DNA of 63,744 nt from positions 30,566,309-30,630,052 of the forward strand of contig CM119264.1 in the NCBI GenBank assembly GCA_051294375.1. The letters are read 5' to 3'. How positions within the stretch are numbered: position 1 is the first letter of the stretch; each line of letters begins with the position of its first letter. Source of the stretch: Paraspadella gotoi (lineage: Eukaryota > Animalia > Chaetognatha). The position numbers and the translations under genes are program-made. Shown one piece after another: positions 41,490-54,768 of the stretch. A model generated the notes under the pieces. It was given only the letters and a program-made list of their open reading frames with translations. It was not told where the DNA came from and did not search any database.

Positions 41490-42400
41490 GGGAGTTTCAT
41501 TCATTCCTATACATCACGGGTTGTTTTATTATTGCAGAGAACGTTAGTCTTCTTTATTCATTCTTCGAGCGGGCTTGTTTCTTTACTTATATTGACGGGA
41601 AGTTGAAGTAATTCTTTATTCATTCCTCCGCGATGCGGGCTTGTTTCTTTTTTGCCCGACAAGTTAGTTTCTTTTATTCATTCCTTCCGCGATGCGGGCT
41701 TGTTTTTTTTTTTGCCCGGCAAGTTAGTTCTTTTATTCATTCCTTCGCCGATGAGCGGGCTGTTTCTTTTTTGCCACACAAAGTTTTTCTTTTTATTCAT
41801 TCTCTTCCCGATCGCGTGCTTGTTTTTTTTTGTCTGGCAAGTTAGTTTCTTTCATTCATTCCTTTCCCAAATGCGGGCTTGTTTCTTTTTTGTCCGGGCA
41901 AGTTAGTTTCTTTCATTCATTCCTTCCAATGCAGTGCTTGTTTCTTTTTTGCCGGCAAGTTAGTTTCTTTCATTCATATTCCCTTCCCGATGGGGGCTTT
42001 GTTTTTTTTTGTCTGGTCAAGTTAGTTTCTTCATTCATCTTCCTTCCCATGCAGGGGCTTGTCTTTTTTGGCCAGACAAGTTAGCTTTCTTTTCTTTCAC
42101 GTTCCTTCCAATTTCAGGCTTGTTTTTTTTTCTCCGGCAAGTTAGTTTCTTTTATTCATTCGCTTTCCCAATGCGGGCTTGTTTCTTTTTTGTGGCCAGT
42201 TAGTTTCCTTTTCATTCATTCATCTTTCCCGATTCGGGCTTGTTTCGTTTTTTTTTTGGCCCGGCAAGTTAGTTTTCTTTTATCTTTCATTCCCGATTCG
42301 GCTTGTTTTCTTTTTGCCGGTCAAGTTACGTTGTCTTTTATTTCATTCTTTCCCAATAAAGACGTTGTTTCTTTTATATTCTTTAATTCCCGATGCGAGA
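41490..42400. repeat. ~58-60-bp tandem array, ~15 copies
   Basis: Unit approximately TTCATTCCTTCCCGATGCGGGCTTGTTTCTTTTTTGCCGGCAAGTTAGTTTCTTTTA; noisy copies again at 43330-43740 and 45503-45910. Confidence 0.9.
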
Positions 42401-43327
42401 ATTTTTTTTAATCATCAATTTTGTTTAGCGGAGCAGTTTTTTCACTAATCGACTAATTTAAAACTATAACTTCTTTGATTTATTCATGTCTTTAAGCGGT
42501 CCTCGGTTTCGTTTTTTTGTCCGGCCGCCAAGTTATTTTTTCCCATAATTTCTTTGCCTTCTAATTTTTTTTCATTTAAAAAAATGTTGAAAATCTCAGT
42601 ACATGGTTTAAATTTAGTATTTCTGAAATAATTATTTTTTTAGTAAATTATACACTTTAACTGATAAAGGATTAATATATCTAAAATGTTTTAAGGTACG
42701 TTAAACGGGTAGAGTTTACTTGCCTAAAAGGACCAGCTGGTTTGGCTTTATGTTTTCGAGTGCCACCGCAAAGTCATGGAAATGGACTCTCCGAGTCGGC
42801 AACGCGACAGGATGTTGACAAGATGTTGACAGTGTTGACGAGTAGAAGCAAAATGATTGTGGACAAATGCATGTGAAGTATAATATCAATCGCTAACTGT
42901 AAGCGGGTGTCGCCTAGGCGAGGTGACCAGGGGCGCCCCCTAGGGGGATTGAAATCGCTTAACCCCTTGACGGGCTCTTTGTTTTTAAGCCATTTGGGGT
43001 GGACCCCCTGCAAGATTCCCTGCAGGTCACTACTATTGTATGCCTCTATGAGTCAGAGAGAGAGAGAGAGAGAGAGGGGGAAAGAGAGAGAGAGAAAGGG
43101 AAAGAGAAAGATAGAAAGAAAAGCATAATTTCTCTTTTCCGACCCGTGAGATCCGACCCGATTTTACCTCGAGTATTCTCTTTCTTGTGATTCTCTCTTT
43201 CTCTCTATATTTCTCTCTCTCTGTTTCTCTCTCTCTTTCTCTCTCTCTCCCTCTTTCTTTCTATCTCTCTTTCTTCCTTTCTCTCTCTATCTCTCTATTT
43301 CTNNNNNNNNNNNNNNNNNNNNNNNNN

Positions 43328-45147
43328 CCCCCCAATGCTCATGTGCGCTTGCTTTCTTTTTTTGCCACAGCAACGTTTAGTTATATCTTTCAATTTCGTC
43401 CTTGCCCAGATTCAGGCCTTGTGTTTCCTTTTACTGCCCGGGGCAAGTTAGATTCTTTGATATTCATTCTCTTCCCCACTGATGCGGGCCTTGTTTCCTT
43501 TTGTTGCTGGCGCCAAGTTAGATTTCTTTCATTCACTTCCTTTTCCCGCATTCGCGCGGCTTGCTTTCTTTTTTGCCGCTCGGCCAAAGGCTTAGTTTCT
43601 TTTATTCTTCTTCATTCCCGATTCGGCTTGTTGTCTTTTTTGCTCCGGCAAGGTTAGTTTCTTTTATTCATTCGTTTCCCAATAAAGACTGTAGTTTCTT
43701 TTATTTCTTTCGTATTCCCGATATTGCGAGATATTTTTTGTTTAATTCGATCAATTTGTATACGTGTGATTAGCAAGTTTGTTTTTTCATATTCAAGATA
43801 CTAATGTTAAACTATGTAAACTTTCTTTGATTTTAATTCATTCTCTTTAAGCGGCCCCCACTGAGTTTCGTTTTTGTACCGTCCAAGTTATTCTTTCCCA
43901 ATAATTCTCCTTTTCTAAATTTTCTTGCAGTTCTTTCAAAGAAAAAAAAATATCTGCTACTGTAAGATTCATTACTATGTGCTTTAAAATTTAACGTTTT
44001 TTCCTGAGATACATAATTGTATTTTTAAGTAAAATGTTTATACATGTCTAACTTGATAAAGGAAATTAATATTTCTACATATTGTTTAAGTACTTTTTTT
44101 ATTAAAACAGGCGTAGAGTACTGTTTTAAAAAAGGATCATCGAGTTGTTGGCGGTGGATTCTGGCTGTTAATGTGTTTCGAGTCCACCGCAAAGTTTCAT
44201 GAAATGCAATACTCGAGGTCGGCAACCGAGCAGATGGTTAGAAAGATTTGTGGTAGACAGGGATCTGTTGCAGCGGAAGCAAATGATTGAAATGACAAAT
44301 GCATGTTATGCAAGTATATCATCCTACTTGAAGCTTGGCGGCGCCTGTCGAGTGTGACCCCCAGGGGCGCACCCCCCAGGGATTGAAATGCCTTACCCTT
44401 GACGGGCTCGTTGTTTTTAATGTATAAGCCATGTATTTGGGGTGGTACCAGCCCCTGCAACGATTCCCTGCAGGGTAGGGTAAACCTCGGATCGAATTTC
44501 TGCTGTATTGGATGCCTCTATGCAGTCAGATGAGAGATGAGAGACAGTAGAGGAACGGGTGGTGTTAGGTTCCAATAGCGCCGGGCGCGGGAGAAAAGAT
44601 ACTTGGGAAGAGAGAAACGGGGAAAAAGACGTATCTGAGGATAAGAATAGAGAAGGAAAAGCCCATTAATTTCTCTTTTTCCGACCCGTGAGATCACCGA
44701 CCCGATTTTGTAACCGTCGAGTATTCATTGCTTTTCTGGATGATTTCTCTCTTTCTCTCTATCATTTCTCTCTCTCTGTATCCTTCTCTCTCTTTCTCTC
44801 TCTCTCCCTCTTTCTCATCGTCTCTTTCTTCTCCTATTCTCTCTCTATCTCTCTGATTTTCTGCACGCTCTCATTCTCTACTTCCGCTCCTTCTCCCTCT
44901 CTCCTCTCTCTCTTATCTCTCCTCTCACTCTCTCTGAGGACCACGCGTGTTTGTCTGCTGCTCCCCTCTCCCTCCTCTCTCACTTTCCTCTCTTAGCCTC
45001 AGATCACAAAAACTGGAGATATCCTCTTTCTCTCTCTCTCTGCTCATCTCTACCCACTCTCTCTCTCTCTCCTCCTTCTCTCTCTACTCCTCTTCTCCAT
45101 AGCTCTCTGCTTGACTCTACTCTCTCTCTCCTCTACTCTCTCTCTCG

Positions 45148-45183
<36 letters not shown>

Positions 45184-47320
45184 ACTATCATGAAATCGTC
45201 TCTTCGTTCTCGAAAATAAGAAAAAAAAGAAAATGAAAATGACGTCATTGATGACGCGAGGAGAAAGGAAATCAAATGAGACGCGAGAGATAGAGACAGA
45301 GACGATGGGTGGATAGAGCCAGTTGTACTTGATAGAGAGGGATACGATGAGTATATATAGAGTGAGACGGAGACTGGATACTGAATAAAGACAGAGATAG
45401 AGACGAAATATATTTTTGTGACTCGAAAAGAGAAAGAATAAGGATGAGAGACACTGAATATGATTGAATGAGAGANNNNNNNNNNNNNNNNNNNNNNNNN
45501 CCCCCCAATGCTCATGTGCGCTTGCTTTCTTTTTTTGCCACAGCAACGTTTAGTTATATCTTTCAATTTCGTCCTTGCCCAGATTCAGGCCTTGTGTTTC
45601 CTTTTACTGCCCGGGGCAAGTTAGATTCTTTGATATTCATTCTCTTCCCCACTGATGCGGGCCTTGTTTCCTTTTGTTGCTGGCGCCAAGTTAGATTTCT
45701 TTCATTCACTTCCTTTTCCCGCATTCGCGCGGCTTGCTTTCTTTTTTGCCGCTCGGCCAAAGGCTTAGTTTCTTTTATTCTTCTTCATTCCCGATTCGGC
45801 TTGTTGTCTTTTTTGCTCCGGCAAGGTTAGTTTCTTTTATTCATTCGTTTCCCAATAAAGACTGTAGTTTCTTTTATTTCTTTCGTATTCCCGATATTGC
45901 GAGATATTTTTTGTTTAATTCGATCAATTTGTATACGTGTGATTAGCAAGTTTGTTTTTTCATATTCAAGATACTAATGTTAAACTATGTAAACTTTCTT
46001 TGATTTTAATTCATTCTCTTTAAGCGGCCCCCACTGAGTTTCGTTTTTGTACCGTCCAAGTTATTCTTTCCCAATAATTCTCCTTTTCTAAATTTTCTTG
46101 CAGTTCTTTCAAAGAAAAAAAAATATCTGCTACTGTAAGATTCATTACTATGTGCTTTAAAATTTAACGTTTTTTCCTGAGATACATAATTGTATTTTTA
46201 AGTAAAATGTTTATACATGTCTAACTTGATAAAGGAAATTAATATTTCTACATATTGTTTAAGTACTTTTTTTATTAAAACAGGCGTAGAGTACTGTTTT
46301 AAAAAAGGATCATCGAGTTGTTGGCGGTGGATTCTGGCTGTTAATGTGTTTCGAGTCCACCGCAAAGTTTCATGAAATGCAATACTCGAGGTCGGCAACC
46401 GAGCAGATGGTTAGAAAGATTTGTGGTAGACAGGGATCTGTTGCAGCGGAAGCAAATGATTGAAATGACAAATGCATGTTATGCAAGTATATCATCCTAC
46501 TTGAAGCTTGGCGGCGCCTGTCGAGTGTGACCCCCAGGGGCGCACCCCCCAGGGATTGAAATGCCTTACCCTTGACGGGCTCGTTGTTTTTAATGTATAA
46601 GCCATGTATTTGGGGTGGTACCAGCCCCTGCAACGATTCCCTGCAGGGTAGGGTAAACCTCGGATCGAATTTCTGCTGTATTGGATGCCTCTATGCAGTC
46701 AGATGAGAGATGAGAGACAGTAGAGGAACGGGTGGTGTTAGGTTCCAATAGCGCCGGGCGCGGGAGAAAAGATACTTGGGAAGAGAGAAACGGGGAAAAA
46801 GACGTATCTGAGGATAAGAATAGAGAAGGAAAAGCCCATTAATTTCTCTTTTTCCGACCCGTGAGATCACCGACCCGATTTTGTAACCGTCGAGTATTCA
46901 TTGCTTTTCTGGATGATTTCTCTCTTTCTCTCTATCATTTCTCTCTCTCTGTATCCTTCTCTCTCTTTCTCTCTCTCTCCCTCTTTCTCATCGTCTCTTT
47001 CTTCTCCTATTCTCTCTCTATCTCTCTGATTTTCTGCACGCTCTCATTCTCTACTTCCGCTCCTTCTCCCTCTCTCCTCTCTCTCTTATCTCTCCTCTCA
47101 CTCTCTCTGAGGACCACGCGTGTTTGTCTGCTGCTCCCCTCTCCCTCCTCTCTCACTTTCCTCTCTTAGCCTCAGATCACAAAAACTGGAGATATCCTCT
47201 TTCTCTCTCTCTCTGCTCATCTCTACCCACTCTCTCTCTCTCTCCTCCTTCTCTCTCTACTCCTCTTCTCCATAGCTCTCTGCTTGACTCTACTCTCTCT
47301 CTCCTCTACTCTCTCTCTCG

Positions 47321-47356
<36 letters not shown>

Positions 47357-47670
47357 ACTATCATGAAATCGTCTCTTCGTAAAATAAGGAAAAAAAAGAG
47401 AAATGATCAAATGACGTCCATTGATTGACGCGAGGAGGGAAAGGAAATCAAAATGGAGCACGCGAGAGATAGAGACACTGAGACGATGGTGGCTGGATAG
47501 AGCCAGCTTGTACTTGTACGAGAGAGGGAGACGATGTGTATATATAGAGTGAGACGGAAGAACTGGGATACTGAATAAAAGACAGATGATAGAGACGAAA
47601 TATATTTTTGCTGACTCGAAAAGAGAAAAGAAGTAAGGCATTGAGAGACACTGAATATGATTGAATGAGC
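43328..47670. other. Tandem duplication at offset 2173, probable assembly artefact
   Basis: 43328-45207 appears identical to 45501-47380 (identical ORFs at +2173). Each copy starts after a 25-N gap, and both are noisy versions of ~41900-43302. Confidence 0.85.
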
Positions 47671-47732
47671 AGGATGAGAGATAGGAGAGAGAGAGAGAGA
47701 AGAGAGATGAGAGGATGACGATGAGAGAAGAG

Positions 47733-47766
<34 letters not shown>

Positions 47767-48318
47767 GTCTAAATGATGAAGTATGTAACCAGCCGATGGC
47801 AGGGTTGGTGCTGCGAAGATTGAATTCGGTGTTTGGCCGCGGGACATCGCTCCGACCTTTTTTTCTTTTGAAAATGTGAAATAGAAAAAAGGGAGGAAAG
47901 GAAAGAAGGAAAGAGAGTGAGAAAAGAAAAGCATAAAAAAGAGAGGAAAGGAAAGAAGGAAAGGAAAACATAAAAAAGGGAGAAAATGAAAGGATAAAAA
48001 AGGCAACAAAGGAAGAAAGGGAGGAGAGAAAAAATAGCAAGAAAGAAGAAGTGAAAAGTAAAGAGGAAATATAAAATAATTTACCATTTTCACAGAAATA
48101 CTTAAGAAAAAAAAATATATAAAAAAAATATCTCTAAAATGAAACATGGAATTTTATATAGCAAAAATGCCTTGAAGAATGAAAATATTGAGATTTAATG
48201 AAAAACAAGTAAATATTTTTTCAAAGGAAAAAAAAAGAAATAGTAACAAAATCTTTCACTCGTTAGTTTATTATCAAAAAAATATTTCGCTTCGATGATT
48301 TTATGATTTTTTTTTCAA

Positions 48319-48684
48319 GTTGCGCCGCGAGTACTCGCGGAACAACTCTATAAAACACTTGGGGTCGGTCGGTCGGTCGGTCGGTCGGTCAGTCTATCTG
48401 TCAGTTGGTTTGCCCCACTTATGTAAAAAATGCTAATAACTCGGTTGTCTTTGTTAATTTATTTCATATTTGGTATGATAGTGAGATAAGACCTTAAATG
48501 TGATCACATGACCCATAATTCAATGCGTTTGCTATTTTGTTGATTTTGCACTACTTAGAATTTGAGAAAAAGAAATATGAAAAATAAAAGATCTAAATTC
48601 ATGGTAATAAAGTAATGACCCGGAAATGCAGGTGAAAAGAAAGTCACTGCGGCGCAACACATTAGAAAGACCGTTCTTGTTTTT
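48319..48684 (+). mobile_element. Helentron-derived (HINE/DINE-1-like) element, most complete copy
   Basis: T-run, subTIR GTTGCGCCGC (48319) overlapping the palindrome CCGCGAGTACTCGCGG, then a partial inverted copy, a (GGTC)n microsatellite, 3' subTIR GCGGCGCAAC (48649), and an end in a T-run. Confidence 0.7.
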
Positions 48685-48829
48685 AAATTTTTTAATATTT
48701 TCTTTTTTATTCAAATTAGAATTCTGCAGAGAAATGGAAATGACGAATCTCTGAAATGAAAAAAACAAGATTTGTCCATTCTGAATTCGCTCCTTCGGCT
48801 TGAGAAAGACGACGTGAATAAGCGACACA

Positions 48830-49610
48830 ACGCACGATGAAGATGAATGACGATGAAGACGATGAGACGACACGACAACGACAGAAGAAGATGAAGGATG
48901 ATGACCATGAGCGACGTATGAAAGAGGAACGAGACAACGACGAGATGACCGGAACGACCATCTGACGTGATGATGAATGATGAGGATTTGATGCAAGATT
49001 GATGTCAGGTACTGAAACAGATGAAGACGACAAAAAAACAACGGGACAATGAAGATGATGATGATGACGACGATGAAGATGATGACAATGAAGACGATGA
49101 AGACGAGGACGATGATGACGATGAAGATGATGACGATGATGAAGACGATGCAGATGATGACGATGACAATGAAGATAATGACGATGAAGATGATGACGAT
49201 TACGACGATGAAGACGACGACAATGACGATGAAGATGACGACGATGAAGACGATGAAGATGATGACGATGAAGATGATGACGATGAAGACGATGACAACG
49301 ACGATGACGATGAAGACTACGACGACAAAATGACAACATCAACAATGATGAGGAATGACAACTCAATCTCAAAGACGGCAACGATGATAATAACCATGAT
49401 GAACAAGGGCAACGAAAATGAACGACGATTATGACAAATGATGACGAACGATGTCAACGATAACGAAGACGATGATGATAACGACGATGACAATGACGAC
49501 ATCGATGACGAAGACGACGATAACGAGAACGATGATGCCGACAACGACGACGAACGACGATGATGACGATATAGAAGACGACGATGATGACGATATAAAA
49601 GACGACTATG
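48830..49610. repeat. Degenerate (GAT/GAC/GAA)n triplet repeat
   Basis: Low-complexity GAY-rich tract with frame breaks. Confidence 0.85.
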
Positions 49611-51049
49611 ATATTTTTCAAAACTGAAACATAAACAATGATATCGAACGACAAGATAAAGACAACAAAGAATGAATATAAATTATGGCAACTGANNNNN
49701 NNNNNNNNNNNNNNNNNNNNNNNNNNNNNNNNNNNNNNNNNNNNNNNNNNNNNNNNNNNNNNNNNNNNNNNNNNNNNNNNNNNNNNNNNNNNNNNNNNNN
49801 NNNNNNNNNNNNNNNNNNNNNNNNNNNNNNNNNNNNNNNNNNNNNNNNNNNNNNNNNNNNNNNNNNNNNNNNNNNNNNNNNNNNNNNNNNNNNNNNNNNN
49901 NNNNNNNNNNNNNNNNNNNNNNNNNNNNNNNNNNNNNNNNNNNNNNNNNNNNNNNNNNNNNNNNNNNNNNNNNNNNNNNNNNNNNNNNNNNNNNNNNNNN
50001 NNNNNNNNNNNNNNNNNNNNNNNNNNNNNNNNNNNNNNNNNNNNNNNNNNNNNNNNNNNNNNNNNNNNNNNNNNNNNAGAAAGAAAGAAAGAGAGAAAGA
50101 AAGAAAGAAAGAAAGATGGGGGCAGACGAGAAAAGTAGCCCATTTCGCTAATGGATGCAAAACCCTCATATAACTTGATTTAGAGAGACGCATATTATCT
50201 CATAAAAAACCTTTTTTCTCTCTTTTTTTTCTCTTTCTCCTTAGCTTTATATTTATCTTAATACGGTTACACTTTAGAGACGCTATTTTTCTTTCTTTTC
50301 TTTTTTAAATAAACCGCAAAAGAGAAGAAAGAAAGAGGAAGATGAAGTGAGACGTTGGTTCATTGACGTCGTCGTTGTTGTTGTTGTTCTTGCACTCCTT
50401 TGCGTCGACTTGTTTGGTCTCTGCCTTTTGAGTCATCGTTGCTGTTTATTTTGATGATGCAGATTCATATTTAATGGATGCTTGCAATGCTAACGTGTGC
50501 ATTCGACAATATTCCGACGATACATTTGCTTTCAATTTCATACTTCGTTACAATTGCATTGCAATCTTCCTCGACGGTTTGCAATCCGCTGATGCAGTGA
50601 TAGATATAGTGATATATATTTTGCTATTTAAAGANNNNNNNNNNNNNNNNNNNNNNNNNNNNNNNNNNNNNNNNNNNNNNNNNNNNNNNNNNNNNNNNNN
50701 NNNNNNNNNNNNNNNNNNNNNNNNNNNNNNNNNNNNNNNNNNNNNNNNNNNNNNNNNNNNNNNNNNNNNNNNNNNNNNNNNNNNNNNNNNNNNNNNNNNN
50801 NNNNNNNNNNNNNNACTAGACTTGTCTACTTCTTTGAAAGGCATTTAATGGATTGATTTATTAGAGTAGTAATTTCCAAGCGACTCAAAACTCTTACATC
50901 CGACGAAAATTATTTTTTTTCCATTTTAAGTTTTTTTTCATTTAAAAAAATATTTACAAAAAAAAATTATGTTTGAGAACGAATGACAAAAACTCGAATT
51001 GAGAACTCAACAATTTGAAATCCGCTTTTCACTATTTTTTGCCTTTAAA

Positions 51050-51116
<67 letters not shown>
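51050..51116. repeat. (GTC)n microsatellite
   Basis: Perfect run of ~22 units. Confidence 0.95.
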
Positions 51117-51117
<1 letters not shown>

Positions 51118-51344
51118 GCGCGCCTGGTAAAAATCACAAAAAAGAGAACAAAGGAACAAAGGTGAAAAACGAGAGAGAGAGAGAGAGATTTGAAAAACTG
51201 TGCACGCTCCGCCATTAAATGTTGCTTACCAGAAACCCTTTTGTACTTTGAGATTTTTCTATTTTGAATAAACTCTCCTTTAGCCGGAAAAGACTTTTCC
51301 GGTGCGAAGGCTCGTTTAAGCCGCTCACGATTTTTTATCCTCTT

Positions 51345-51575
51345 CCCTTTCCCTTCTTATCCCCTTCTCTCTCTCTTTTCACTTTCTTTCTTTCCCCTTC
51401 TTTCTCTCTTTTCCCTTTCTTTCTTTCCCCTTCTCTCTCTCTTTTTCCTTTCTTTCTTTCCCCTTCTCTCTCTCTTTTCCCTTTCTTGCTTTCCCCTTCT
51501 CTCTCTCTTTTCCCTTTATTTCTTTCCCCTTCTCTCTCTCTCTTTTCCCTTTCTTTCTTTCCCCTTCCCCTCTTC
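51345..51575. repeat. 33-bp pyrimidine minisatellite
   Basis: TTTCCCCTTCTCTCTCTCTTTTCCCTTTCTTTC, ~6-7 copies. Confidence 0.8.
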
Positions 51576-51870
51576 TTCAACTTTTTTATTTCCTAACTTC
51601 CCATTTAATCCGATTTTTTCTTTTCTTATTTTAACCTTCCCTTGTCAGCCATCGGGATTTTTTTCTTTTTTTCTTTTTTTCTTTTTTACCAATTCCTATT
51701 TTAAATTTCTTTCTTTTCAGTTCTTTCTTTTCCCCCATTTCTATTCTCCTATCCTATTATCCTAGTTCTAATCTCCTTATTTCTATTCTCCTCAACTATT
51801 ATCCTACTTCTAATCTCCTCATTCCTCCTTTCTCTCTCTCCTCCCGTTTTCTTCCTTTTTTACAGACCCG

Positions 51871-51916
<46 letters not shown>

Positions 51917-52947
51917 ACTCTCTCTCTCTCTCTCCGTTTATCTGATTTCGGGGTTTCCAAGATTGAGACCAGATCTGGTCTAGTGGTCTGCGAGAACAGA
52001 AGGGCCTGCACCGAGAATGTGTGGGAAGCGGTGTGATGGCTCGAATGAAGTCGCCGGTGGAATGTGAGAAGTAGTAGAATGATGTGAAAATATTATAGAA
52101 TAGAATAATATAGAACATAAAAATAAAAACTAATAAAAACATTTTGGTATATTTATTTTTTAATTATATACATTAGCGGCTACCAGTAAGCTATATTTAT
52201 ATATAGTAATAAGTATATATTAGGCTAAAATTTTAAAATGGAAATTTTGAGATTAGAAGATGGGATTTGAATTTGTTATAAAAAGTTGATAGAAAAAGTA
52301 TAATTCTTTTTAAAAATTCTTTCATTAAGTTAGTCAAAAATGTAAAATTATATTTTTGTATATTAACCAAAGTAATATTATAATTTTTTTAAAAATATTT
52401 ATATTTTCTTTCATCAACTTTTTTGATAAATCTGGTTTCAAAATTAAAAAAAAAAACAAGTTTAGAATTTTGATATTATGTAAGTGTAGTTCTATATACA
52501 AAATAATCTGAATGGGCTACCATATAAGTAAAAAAAGAAAAAAACATTATAGCTAAATATTTATTGATAATATGTTTTTTAAGATATAACTGGTAAACTT
52601 ATCTTCCAAACTTTCACTTGACTCAAGTGGGCAGGTGTGGGCGAGTTTTTTGGACGGAAGTTTCCTCTTAACGAAACGAGCTCGTGGGAGGTTTTGGCCA
52701 TCGGAAGTTATGAGAGAAAATGAAAGAAGGTTTAAAAGGGAGAAACGGGGGAAGGAAGGTAGAAATACTAGGAATAATGAAAGTAGAATCAGAGAGGAAA
52801 GAAAGAAAATATTAAGAAGGGAGAAAGGAGAAATGAGAAGGGAGATAAAAGATGAAGAGAAGAGAGAAGAAAAAGGGAGCGAGGAATTGTTAACGATTGG
52901 GTAGTGAAGCGGAAAGGAGAGCAGAAAGACGAAAATAGAAAATCAAA

Positions 52948-52983
<36 letters not shown>

Positions 52984-53084
52984 ATGGGATTTAGAAAGGG
53001 AGAGAGAAATGGGAAGGGAAAGAGGGAGAGAGAGAGAGGAAGGGGTAAAGGGAGAAAAAGACAGAGAGCGAAATAAAATGAAAA

Positions 53085-53501
53085 ACAAGAGAACGTTATT
53101 TCAAATGTGTTGCGCCGCAGTGACTGCCTTATCACGTGTATTTCTCGTGACATGACATGACGTGACATGACGTGACATAACATGGCTACAATAACTTTCT
53201 TAGCCCGAGTATTTATGACATGCGCTGCATCAAAATTATGTCTTTTATTCTATTTTAGTTTTAGGAATTCCTGAAGGCGGCGCTTGCAGTCACTTAGATT
53301 TGAAGGTTTTTTTTGTCTTAGCAAAAGAGCAATCAATTATAAGCAAATTATATTCATTTTAACAAAAATTGGACAGACCGAAGGACAGACATACCGACGG
53401 ACAGACAGACCGAAGGACAGACATACCGACAAATCAACGGAGCGACCGACCGACCGAAAAGTGACTTATAGAGTCGCTCCGCGAGTACTCGCGGCGAAAC
53501 T
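53085..53501 (-). mobile_element. HINE-like element
   Basis: GTTGCGCCGCAGTGAC...(GACA/GACC)n...CCGCGAGTACTCGCGGCGAAACT, the reverse of the 48319 family. Confidence 0.7.
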
Positions 53502-54074
53502 GAAAAAGGGAAAAAAAGGAGAAAGAAAATAATTAAGGAGGTTGGGATTATATAAAGGAGGACGATGAAGGGGAAGAAGACGACGATGAAGACGAAGACG
53601 ACAAAAAAGACGACGACGNNNNNNNNNNNNNNNNNNNNNNNNNNNNNNNNNNNNNNNNNNNNNNNNNNNNNNNNNNNNNNNNNNNNNNNNNNNNNNNNNN
53701 NNNNNNNNNNNNNNNNNNNNNNNNNNNNNNNNNNNNNNNNNNNNNNNNNNNNNNNNNNNNNNNNNNNNNNNNNNNNNNNNNNNNNNNNNNNNNNNNNNNN
53801 NNNNNNNNNNNNNNNNNNNNNNNNNNNNNNNNNNNNNNNNNNNNNNNNNNNNNNNNNNNNNNNNNNNNNNNNNNNNNNNNNNNNNNNNNNNNNNNNNNNN
53901 NNNNNCTCTCTCTCTCTCTCTCTCTTTGACTAAAGAGAAAAGAGCAGAAGCTAAGAAAAGATCAGTCCGACTTAGAAAAAAAAAGGATAGCATCTGAATA
54001 TAAGAAAAAAATGAGAAAGAAAAGAAAAAAAAGAAAACGAAGCAAAAAGAAAGATAATTCAAAATAAAGGAAGA

Positions 54075-54363
54075 AACAAGAACGGAAATTCCAATGTGTT
54101 GCGCCGCAGTGATTTTATTTTTGCATGATATGACATGACATGACTAAAAAATTTTCTTTGCCCGTGTATTTATGACATGCACTTCATAAAAATACCGTCT
54201 TTTATTCTTTATAGTTTTAGGAATTCCTGAAGGCGGCGCTAGCTTGAATTATTAACGCAAGTGGGAAAGACTGACGGAAAGACATACCGACCGAGCGACG
54301 GACCGACCGACTGACATACCGACCGTCCTATAGAGTTACTCCGCGGAGACTCGCGAAGCAACT
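54075..54363 (-). mobile_element. HINE-like element (noisy duplicate at 55369-55703)
   Basis: Same motifs as 53085-53501. 53906-55204 is duplicated at 55230-56560 across a 25-N gap. Confidence 0.65.
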
Positions 54364-54588
54364 AGAAAGAAAGAAAGAAAGAAAGAAAGAAAGNNNNNNN
54401 NNNNNNNNNNNNNNNNNNNNNNNNNNNNNNNNNNNNNNNNNNNNNNNNNNNNNNNNNNNNNNNNNNNNNNNNNNNNNNNNNNNNNNNNNNNNNNNNNNNN
54501 NNNNNNNNNNNNNNNNNNNNNNNNNNNNNNNNNNNNNNNNNNNNNNNNNNNNNNNNNNNNNNNNNNNNNNNNNNNNNNNNNNNNNNNN

Positions 54589-54619
<31 letters not shown>

Positions 54620-54732
54620 CATAAAGATTTGTTAAGGAAAAAGGCAAAAGACTTAAAGTGACTGACGCTCGAACGTTTCGCTGTTCGAGGGTCAAGAATT
54701 TAAAGCGTTTTATTTTGGGAGCTCTCTGCACG

Positions 54733-54768
<36 letters not shown>

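Noticed and set aside
43328-47380. Recent biological tandem duplication
   Set aside because: Both copies start after 25-N gaps and share identical error-like indels, so the same read was probably used twice.
49021-49434. Asp-rich protein ORF
   Set aside because: Part of a longer GAY triplet tract that is open in several frames and changes frame; no supporting exon structure.
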